Under the pieces are notes generated by a model. That model searched no databases, was not told the origin of the DNA, and worked only from the letters and a program-made list of their open reading frames with translations. A program made the translations under genes and the position numbers. Source: Proteromonas lacertae (taxonomy: Eukaryota). From it: 64,000 nucleotides of DNA. Location: contig NGBS01000292.1 in assembly GCA_002245135.1 (NCBI GenBank), positions 372,001 to 436,000 of the forward strand. Reading direction: 5' to 3'. This document shows, one piece after another, positions 53,437-64,000 of this stretch; position 1 is the first letter of the stretch, and every line of letters begins with the position of its first letter.

Positions 53437-55523
53437 CGAATGCTATATTCATAAGGATTAAGATTATCTCCATATCTAACCATATACAAACACATAAATA
53501 TCATTACTAAAGAGTGTAAAACACACAATCCAAATATTATATAGATAAATACACCATCTAACTTGATTTCTACATTCCATACATAGTAATAATGTTGTGT
53601 ATTCCATGTCTCTGTTGCATTATCAAATAGTTCATTTGTTGCTACTTCGATACTATCGAAATGATTGACACTTTTAGTTGGTTGGCATTAGTAATACCTA
53701 AAATACAGACAATAAGTGCAACAAAAACCCAACAACAATATTCAAACCATTCTCCTCTTCTTAATTTGTTTGAATCTGAATCTCCAACTGCAATTAAGTC
53801 AATTATGGGTCTTGGCATCCCACCTAGCATCTGACCTGGTGCTCTTGGCATTCCTGACATATGACTCATTGAACTTGGCATTTGGCTGTTGTTATTGCCA
53901 TTTCCTCCATTTGTGGATGATGATTGATTATTAGCTAAAACTGGAGTATTATGATTATTATTATTATTTCCATCAGATTCTTTATTACTGGATGAATTCT
54001 CTGAATCTGGTTGTTGCTGTGGTTGATTTATTGGAATAACTTGATCTCGAGCCGAGCCTTTCAAACTATGGCTTGATGGAGAATTTTGACCATCTTTTTC
54101 ATCATCCATAAGCATTCTCGCTTTACGTTTTAAATTCTCATATTTTTGGCTTAATCTAACTCTCTTAAATACTCTATAAACAGGTATATAAAATCCACCT
54201 ATTGTCATTTCATATACTAAATACAGCAATTCCATCGGTATGAGTGAATTATCAGTAGTATAATCGTTTAATTGATATAATACATACATTACAGGACATA
54301 CTTCCAATAATAAACCAATTACAATACATTCAGTCATTTTCCAGTCTTGGTACTGAAATCCCTTCTTATTTCTAATCAAGAAAAATAATACTGCACTTAT
54401 CAAACACAACAAAGCAGTAACAGTAGCAAATGCCATACAAAGATAGATTATTGCATCATCTACCTTTCTATACTTACTGCTAGCTTTAAATTCCCTTGGT
54501 CCTTTAATGCATTCATTAGTGTTATTAGGATTCACTACTCCATTGCCATTACAATCAATCATTGATCTGCTATTATCATTAAAGAAATGATTAAAAATAT
54601 CATTGTTCTTGTTCTTATTCCTATTATTGTTGTGGTTGTTGTTGTTATTATCAAATAGATCTAATAATTCATTCAATTTATCATAAAACATATTCATTCC
54701 TGTTATAATATTACCACTCATATTAAATATGTCAAATTCATATGCTAAATCTGGAAATATATTACTGAACTGAGATAAGGCAAAATTGATTGTATTTTCA
54801 GTTATGTTAAATATTTGTTCTTTATTATTAAATATATAGTTCACTGCTGTACTTACTATCTTACATACTTGTTCGGCGACATGTAACGGATCTATTATTA
54901 TTTTCACTTTTTGTACTTTCATATGATTGACTGAATTGTCAGGAATATCATCTTTAGAAAAAGTAAACCAGAGAATTTTGCAATATTTATCTTCTGCGTA
55001 TTGACAATAATCATTAATATCATATAGATCATCTTGTACCATGTAGAAGATAAAGTCGGGTTTATAGGAATGAATTAATTTGAATAGATTTCCTACGAAT
55101 CTACTGTATTGAATAACTGGAAAATGCTTGAAATTGGTGCTTATTAACAGAGAATTATCTGAAATGATTAGAACGTTCTTACTAATAATCTTCTGAAATA
55201 AATCGTTGAAATTCACCTATAAAATTATAATTATAATTAAATAAATATACACTTCCAACTAAATGTCTGTTTTGATAATTATCTATTTCGTTAGATATGT
55301 AACTGAAGTTGATGTAGAAATCATTGCCATATGATTGATCTAAAAACCTTAATTTGAGCTGATTTGAGTTTTTATTTTCAGTTACATTATCCTTCACTTG
55401 ATTTAAGCAAGACGACAGAAAAGAATTGAAACGAAGGTCTTTTAGGTTAAAATTAAATTGATTTGAATAAACACTGCATAATAAAAATGTAAAAATTATA
55501 AAACAAATAGTAAATCTACGCAT
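52949..55523 (-). CDS. Signal-peptide membrane protein with a class C (7tm_3)-like GPCR transmembrane region
   Basis: Signal peptide, about 300-aa ectodomain, TM pattern LFFLIRNKKGFQYQDWKMTECIVIGLLL...GGFYIPVYRVF, further TM helices in the 3' exons. Confidence 0.55.
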
Positions 55524-55757
55524 ATCACAACTAATATTGAAAAAACTAATTTTCGTTACTCAAAATGCGAGCCAATATCAAACTATTTATAAAATTAAAT
55601 TACTCTATTATCAATAATTGATGAGTATTGTTGTGAAATAAACATTTTATTGAGTAAATGAAGAGTATTACTACAAGATTAAGAGGTATAAGAATGTAGC
55701 AAATATTTAGTAATGTAATTGACATGGTATTTATGACAGGCGGGATTTTCGAAAAAA

Positions 55758-57251
55758 ATGTCTGATGAGTATTATTCATCTATTAATTACTATAGGAAGG
55801 TTTTCACAAATGCATGGACTAAAATAAAAGATATACTAAAGGATGAAGCAGTAAATCCCAATGATTTAGATGTAATGTTCATGGTTGTAGAAATTAAAAT
55901 CAATGAAAATCAATATAAATCATTTAAAGAATTACAAGATGATATATCACACACACTTCTTCAAAATGCTGAAAATTTCAATAGTATTGTTTTCTGAGTA
56001 ATATGAATAGATTTGTCATCAGTAGTTCAATCAGTAGATAGTATAATTCAACAAATGACACCAACAAAAAGAGCAACAACATTTCATTGTCCAATCTGCC
56101 AAATCGAAATGTTCACACTCAGAGAGATGATGTCCCATATAGAAAAATGTTCATCGGCATCTGTATCATGTCAAGAGCAATCACAACAATCTCCATCACA
56201 ACAAACTCCACCACCTCCCTCACAAAAACCTATTAAAACTACACAACCATCTAAACCAGTAGAAAATCCAGTAGTAATAGAAGAAGATGATGAATATGAT
56301 GGTGAAAGTGTAGTATATAGTCAATTATATCCCAATAAAAGTCAAAATAATAATAATAATGTTTCACAAAATAATGATGATTTTCCAACTTATTCATTAG
56401 ATTTACATTCACAACCACAACAACAACAATTACAGCAACTACAACATGAATCAGATTCAACACAAACGCCATCACCTCCACCAAAGCAAATACAACAACA
56501 ACAACAACAACAATTAGATTCAATTAATAATAATAATAATAATTTAATATCTTCATCTACTGTTAATTCAATAGTAAAACGTCAATTATTCAATACCAAT
56601 GATAGTAGCAGCAGTAGTAGTAACGATGCGTCATCAGAAGATGAAAATAATAAAGAAACTCAATCACCACCAATAAAGACTAAATCACAACAACTTTGTA
56701 ATAATAATAATAATGTTATATCTCCATTAAAGAGTAAATCATTTACAATTCCAGTTACATATTCATCTTCACCATCATCATCAACAATAATAACGCTCAA
56801 TTCCAATCATAATACACCTTCTAAGACGTTAAAGAGTAAAAGAAATAGAAATAATAACAATAAGAAAAAGAATAGTCCAAATTCACAACTATCAACTCAA
56901 TCACCACCTAAAACAAACAATTCATCAATAACAACATCTATAAATAATATTAATAATATATCAACTCCTTCTCCACCACCACATATTAATCGACAACCAG
57001 CTATTATTGAAAGTAGTCCAAATTCAATAGATCAACAACAAAAACAACAACAACAACAACCTACTGTTAATTATTCAATACCTTTGAATTTCTTTTTAGT
57101 TCCTCCTACTATAAAGAGAAGGAAGTTAGATGGATGTGAAACTCAAAAAATTACAAGGGAATATAAAGATTATGATGAAAATGGAAATGAAGTGGATATT
57201 GAAGAATATATTGAAATAAAAATAATAAGAAAAATAAAACAACCCAATTAA
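55758..57251 (+). CDS. Protein with a degenerate bromodomain-like helix pair, UBZ-type zinc finger and S/Q/N-rich tail
   Basis: KINENQYKSFKELQDDI..QNAENFN; CPICQ..MMSHIEKC; one short intron near 55984-56010. Confidence 0.55.
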
Positions 57252-57295
57252 CAATAAATAAATAAGTGCTAATTCTTGTTATTTATATATATTTT

Positions 57296-57586
57296 TCATG
57301 ATTTTTGGTTATAATCAAAACCTACATTTGATTTACTTAAAGCAGGAGCATCATTTGTACCATCTCCAGTTACAGCTACCACTTGTCTTCTTTCCATTAA
57401 ACCAGTAACTAGTAAATGTTTATCAGTTGGAGCAGATCTAGCCATCACTTGTAATGTTGAAACATATTGATCAAATGCAGCTTGATTCTTTACTATATAA
57501 TATTGTTGTTCTTCAGTTTTATCTTTTGGATGTTTCATTTGTTTTCTACAACCTCTTTGTTTACATTCATCAATACTATTATCATG
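57296..57586 (-). pseudogene. Internal fragment of a PMCA-type P2B Ca2+-ATPase
   Basis: [40 protein letters not shown], cut before AMG; no flanking ATPase sequence on either side. Confidence 0.85.
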
Positions 57587-57754
57587 TTAATTTGATTTTA
57601 TAAATGTGAATATATATCATTTCTTAATTTTTATAGAAAACGAAAAAGAGAATGTTGAGTTATATAACAGAATTTATCCTTTATTAATATAATTTATATT
57701 TTTATTATAAAACAAATGAATTAATAGACAATCATTTTATATTTAAGAATGTTG

Positions 57755-60700
57755 TTATAATTCTTTCTTTTCTTCTTCTGATATTCCATCCAATTTTATT
57801 CTTCCAATTGATGAAAATGTTTCTAAAAATGATTTTAATAGAGATTTATCTATATTCTTTTTTACTGTTATTGATAATTCATCTAAACAATCAAATACTT
57901 CTTTGTTTTCTATTATCAATCCTAATTCACTTTCATCTAATTCATTTCTTGATATATCTATTATTGATAATGGCTTATATTCTTTTAATCTTTCTACCAA
58001 CATTTTTAATCCTTTCTCACTCATTCCAATCTCTATTCAAATTATTATATTATATTATATCCATATAAATACTTGACAAATTTAATTTTTCTGATTTGTA
58101 TTTTACAAATTTATCTAAATGTTTACATATTATTTCAACTCCATCATCTCCAATTGGATTATTAAATATCGAAATATATGTTGAATCGTTTATCACATTA
58201 TCTATTAAATCATATAAGCCTTCTGAATTAAGATCATTATTAGATAAATTAAGTTTCCAATATTGAATCTTTTTAATGATCGATATATGAGAATTATCCA
58301 GATTTAGATCTATTTATTTACAATTACAGATTTTATACTTGAAAAATCATATTTGTTCAAATGATTATCATCTATTTTTTCTTTTTTAAAACAGTAATTC
58401 ACATAATATCTCAATTCTTTATTTGTCCACGATGGATTATTCATAACAACCAATGGATAATGCTTTTTTTTCAATGATATTGAACAGATTTCTTTTAAAC
58501 CTTCCATTCCAATATTATTTCCTTTTAGATTTATTATTCTATACAACTTCTCCATTGAATCTAATTCACTTGCTAATAATATTGCACTTTCATCATCTAT
58601 TGAGATATTACTCAAGTTCAGTTTATTTATAGGTGATAATCTCTTTAGTTTACCCAATAATAATTTAAATCCAACATTACCTATTGGATTATCTATTATT
58701 AAAATATAAAACTAAGATAAATACCATGTAATATTAAGTTCATTGGCCATTTTTGTTTATTTCTGTAATTCATCAAATATTCAATTCCATCTGAATCTAT
58801 ATTATTATTACTTATATCAAGTCTGTATATCTCTTCTTTCATATTCTTTAAACCATCAACTAAGTATTTCAATCCTACTGAAGATAATCCAGTTTCTATT
58901 AAATATGATAAAAAAACAATTATTATTATACTTGAACAATTCATTGTATGATCATTAATTAAATGTAAATATGGAGATAATATTCTCATACCATCATCTC
59001 CAATAGCATTTCCATCCAAATAAAGTCTTCCAAGATTTGAAAATGAAGATAAATTAGGCAATCAGTATTTCTATACTTTTATATGTTAGTTTATTATCTA
59101 GATAATAGAAATATATCAAAATATACTACTCAAATCTAACTCTTCTATTTCTTTCAATTCATTCAATCTTAATGAAATGAATGATTTGAAAATATCATCG
59201 TCAATTTCTAAATTACTTAAATTATTATCTTTAATGTATTTCATAAATTCTGGAATGTCTTTATCAATCAGTAATTCTTTACTTTTTCGATTAAAATCAA
59301 ATTCCATTTTTGAAATTGGAAATTTGGAGAATAAAGCTTTTAATCCTTTTGCATTAATATTTTTGTTTTTATTAATATCAATCTTCTGAATATTTGGATA
59401 TTTAGATAATTCATCTGATAATAATATCATTGATTCATTATCCAAATTCATTCCATTAAGATTCAACTCATTATTCTTGCTGATTAATAAATGTATATGT
59501 GAAATTAACAATTTCAATCCTTTTCCACCAATTGGATTAGCTATTACAATAAAATATAGAGAATAACAAATACATGAAACATTTATGTATTTTAATTTTA
59601 TCATTGAAATTGATTTAACAAATAATTCAATGAAAATGGAAGTAAGATTACATCCTCTTAAATCAAATTCATGCAAATCAGATAATTGAGTTAATAATGA
59701 TACAAACAATGGCTGTTGTTGAATTGGAATTTTAATACCATAATCGCCTATATATATAAATGATTAGAATTATACCAAATTCGAGTTTTGTTGGATTTAT
59801 CATTTCTAACATTCTGAAGAAATATTTAATTCCTTCTTCACATAAACAAATACATTTATGATTAATTTTTATTCTTTTTTCTTCTTCTTCATCATCATCA
59901 GTACAAATATTGAATATCATTCCATCTAAATAACATTTTCCATTCTCTTTACATCTGTGTAGATTTTGAAATACTAATATATTATTTGTTAATCCATTTT
60001 CATTATATTCACTATTGTCACTATTATCACTATCACTTTCATCATTATCATCACTATTATCTTCTTCATCACTATCTTCTTCATTTTTATCATAATCATA
60101 ATCATCTGTATTAATTTTTCTGTTTTTGAATAGTTTCATCTTCAATAATAGTGATAGTATTCTTAAATTTGGTTTATAGTTATATGATTCTATCAATATT
60201 TCTCTCATTACTTTCCATTTTTTACAATCAAGGTAATATTCTGATGGAAATATTATTGGAAGTGAAATAATTATTGCATTATCACGATTAAATAACACCT
60301 CTTTTCTTTCACCACATATTATCAAATCATTATCTTCATCTTTTAATATTTCACTCATTTTTATCATCTCTTTCTTCAACTCTATTAAACTTAACCTATC
60401 TTCGCTCTTCACTTTTAACATTTTTCTATCATCTCTTTCATTAAATCATCACATTTTTCATCTAAACTGTATTTACATCTCAGAATGTTATTCATTGTCT
60501 TAAACATATTATCATCTTCATTAAATGGTAATTTCTTACAAATCATTTCATATAATATACATCCAATTGACCAAATCACACTTCTTTCATTACATTCATA
60601 TCCATTCAATTCTTCTGGGCTTTTGAAGCATATATTATATACTTTCATTTCTTCTTTTCTCAATGTGTTTAAAAACAAATCACATAACTTTATATCACGA

Positions 60701-61143
60701 TATTCCTCATACATTACATTGCTGCTCTTCAGATTATCAACCATTACATCATTTTCATTCATTATTATCAGGATATTACACAAACCACATATTATACTAT
60801 TAATACTATCACTTGATAAGGATTTACTTTGAATTATTTCTTTCCAAATCATTCTCGTAGTATTTTCTCACTAATACTATTGTATTACACCCGAAGAACT
60901 GCATTTGGGTTGGATATACCAAATTTGAACAACAATCTAAGAGCAACGAGTTATTTTCACTAAACCTTAATACTCTCTCATCTACTTCAGTAATATTTAG
61001 GATTTTCACTGTTTTCATTGTATCTTCATCTTTCACAACCAAATCTACTTCACAACTACTCTTTTCGGCTCTTTTATTAATCTAAATAATTAAATAAACT
61101 TAAATACTTCATATTGTGACAATATTTCATCAATGCAATTCAT
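57755..61143 (-). CDS. Pseudokinase-LRR protein, copy C (possibly a pseudogene)
   Basis: Colinear with copy A with the same introns; indels near 60844, 60421 and 59058; stop 8 codons earlier than in the paralogues; acidic insertion after the kinase domain. Confidence 0.75.
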
Positions 61144-61332
61144 TTTAGAAAGATTTAAGATTTTATCAAAATTTTGGTTAATATAAAAATCCCCAAATAA
61201 TTGAAATCTTATTTTTGTCCTTAAACACAATATTTATTTTATTGAATTTAATATAATGAAATTACAACTAAAAATCATAATATATAACATATAAATTATG
61301 ACTTTCAATATTTATACTTCAATTATGTCAAA
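60370..61332 (-). repeat. Near-identical inverted copy of 36349-37310
   Basis: Direct sequence comparison. Confidence 0.9.
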
Positions 61333-61700
61333 TCTACTTTAAAATCTGTTTGTAACTCTTTTCAACATAATTATATTTAATTAATTATAGATGTCTATAT
61401 GTTTATTTTTATTCCACTTACTTTACTATAAATCTGAAAATAAATCATTTTATAAAAATTGCAAGTGTAATCTGATAAAAGTAATTCAGTAAAACAATTA
61501 TAAGTAGAAATGATTTTAAACTATTTAAAAACTCTATTGATAATTTGTTAGATCTATAATTACTATTTAATTTGCATATTTATACACTTAGCTTCATGTA
61601 AGTAATAAAATAATCTTCTGTTTCTTTACAAAAAATGTTTTGACAAACAAGCTAAAGCTTGAACTTTTATTTTAGAAAAGTAGTTTCTTAATTTTTTATT

Positions 61701-62750
61701 ATGGAGGATATAGTAGGAGGTATTATAGGTATTGTGGTCGTTTTAGTTGTTATTATACTTGTCGTTTGGCTCTTTTATGCCACTGTAAAACTAGTTGATC
61801 ACTCACATGTCATAATTCTAGAGCGTTTTGGAAAATTTAATGTATGTAATATATAAATATATTTTAAGAGAATATTAAAACCTGGTTTACATTTTTGTAT
61901 ACCTTTAGTTGACAGACCAAGAAAGATTTCTTGGCGTTTCACAGAACAATTAGATTCTTCATATGGTAGTTATGCTAATGACAAAGAAACAACTGTTGTT
62001 AGAAAAGAAGTTGAACAAATAGATATGAGAGAAGATGTAATTGATTTTCATCAACAAAATGTAATTACTAAAGATACAGTTACAATAAAAGTAGATGCAT
62101 TGGTATATTACAGAGTTACTGATCCTATAAGAGCAGTTTATAACATCAATAATTACCCAGATGCTATAGAATTCTTAACTCAAGCTACACTCCGTGATAT
62201 ATTAGCGAATATGACGTTAGATGATACATTTTCATCGAGAGAAGAGATTAATAATCAATTATTGGATAGAGTAAGAGTAGATTGTGAAAGATGGGGAATA
62301 TCCTTAACAAGGGTTGAAATATGTGATATAAATTTTGTTAAGTTAGGTGGTATAGATGTCACTGAAGCTTTAAAAAGTCAAATTACAGCTGAAAGAATGC
62401 GTCGAAGCAAAGTATTAGAAGCTGAAGGTGATAAACTCTCACAGATTATTAGTAGTAGAGCTCAAGCTAATATTTTGATATTGAATGCTGAAGCTTATTA
62501 TACTGAAAGGACTTTGAAGGCTGAAGGTAGTGCTGCTGCTCGATTAGCTGAAGCAGAAGCTGAAGCAAAGTCAATTACTATCTTATCAGAAGCATTGGAA
62601 GGTACTGGTATTAAAGCTGCTGAATATTTGATCGTTATAAATTATTTGAAGGCATTGAAGGAAATGACTAGAAATGGTAGTGATAACAAGATTAAACTTA
62701 TTCCAAGAGAAGATTTGGATATACTTGCGCATATCACTAAATTTAATTAA
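61701..62750 (+). CDS. SPFH/band-7 stomatin-like protein
   Basis: N-terminal TM helix, ILERFGKF..LKPGLHFCIPLVDR, QNVITKDTVTIKVDALVYYRVTDP, AERMRRSKVLEAEG; one intron. Confidence 0.92.
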
Positions 62751-62839
62751 GCATTATATGATTTGTTTATTTTCCATTCTTTTTTTTAAATTTGTGGTTA
62801 AGATTTTTCGTTGAATTTTTGAATAACCATAATATTTGA

Positions 62840-64000
62840 ATGTCAGAATCTTCTGTTATTGGGGAGCCGTACCTACATTTGTTGAATTTTGGAGATGATT
62901 ATGAAGTATATTATTTCAAGTTAATTGTAGATTTTAAATTTAGTTCCATCATCACCTGATTGTCTTTCTTTCAAAATTCACAATAAAAAGAAAGATAAGT
63001 ATCAAAGAATGAAAGTTATCAACCATAATAACAGCGACAGTAAGAGCAAAAAGTTTTTTTTAGGTACTATCGAGAATGTTGCATTATTGAACAATATGAA
63101 TATTGCATCATACACTACGACAAAATCATCAGATAATTTTCTTATCATAGTAATGCCTGAGTATAAATATTCGTTATCAAAAGTTAATACTGTTGATATG
63201 TTTGTAAGAACTAATGACTATCAAATTATAATAGATATATGCAATGCGCTAGATTCAATGCATTCATTCGAAATCATCAATGGAAATTTAAAACCCTCCA
63301 ATATCTTATTCAATCGATATGATGAAAGCTGTAATTATTTTATCTCCGATTATTGTCAACAGTTTATATATCTTTACGCATTAAACAAAAACCCATTTAC
63401 ACAAGATAATTTAAGATATAACAGTCCAGAGTTGTTAAAGAATAGAGAATTATCTTATAAATCTGATTTGTGGAGTATTGGATGTATAGTTGCTTATATT
63501 TTATTAAATAAGCATATATTTGATAGTAAAAACCTATACGATTTATTCACACAAATTATTGATGCAAAATATGATGATGATATAGTAAATGAACTGAGAA
63601 AGGTGGATGAAAGAATATATGAAAATATAATTAAGAAATTATTAGTGGTTGAACCAAATGAAAGATTGAATTTTGATGATATTCGAAAATTCTTTTTTAC
63701 AACCAAAAAGACAGATATTAATGATTTTCTTAACTCTATTGTATCAAGCCATAGTAATAGTAATAGTAACAATAACAATAATAAGAGTGTCTATATTGGT
63801 ATTAATTCAAGTGGTGAATATAAATTGAATGATCCAAAAATTGGAGATTATGGATTGGAATATTTATGTGATAATTTTAACAAAATGAACCATTTACAAA
63901 TCCTTGTGTTATATAATTGTGACATTACTACAATTGGCATAAGATTTTTAGCAAATTCTTTGAAGATTATACCTGAATTAAGACGATTGGAATTGCAAAA
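62840..64000 (+). CDS. Pseudokinase-LRR protein, divergent copy D; partial, runs off the right edge
   Basis: Absent from the ORF track because it has no stop. After the first intron the frame stays open: INGNLKPSNILF, ISDYC, YNSPEL, DLWSIGCI, then KIGDYGLEYL..LQILVLYNCDITTIGIRFLANSL. Confidence 0.85.

Noticed and set aside
1120..62750. Stop codons created by polyadenylation, as known in Blastocystis
   Set aside because: Every complete gene model here ends in a genomic stop codon at a plausible position.

Overview
Very AT-rich, gene-dense eukaryotic nuclear DNA with tiny GT-AG introns (mostly 25-35 nt) and short head-to-head promoters. This architecture and the Hsp70 sequence suggest a stramenopile protist of the Blastocystis/Opalinata type (inference, not confirmed). 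The ORF track splits genes at introns, so I rebuilt about 30 gene models by hand. Core genes: GET4, ISCA2, mitochondrial-type TrpRS, SECp43/NAM8-like RRM protein, PHD/CW chromatin reader, RPB11, polycystin-1/REJ-GPS-like receptor, CEP76, cytosolic Hsp70 with a heat-shock element, XPG/RAD2, a MANF/ARMET homologue missed by the track, RBM5/10, a class C GPCR-like protein and stomatin. Between them lie accessory islands (about 16.6-18.9, 32.5-39.9, 42.3-47.3 and 57.3-61.6 kb). These carry a multi-copy pseudokinase-LRR family, an inverted duplicate pair of BTB-BACK-Ig-SPRY genes, truncated host-gene fragments (CLC channel, Ca2+-ATPase) and a decayed Tc1-type transposase. In both families the N-terminal module is near-identical between copies while the putative recognition module diverges, making them a candidate diversifying intracellular receptor system. 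Also notable are a trypsin-fold protein with a His-Asp-Cys (3C-like) triad and a probable pseudokinase-Hsp70-like fusion at the left edge. About 20 apparent single-base insertions break otherwise intact genes and are most likely assembly errors. No rRNA, tRNA or CRISPR array was found.
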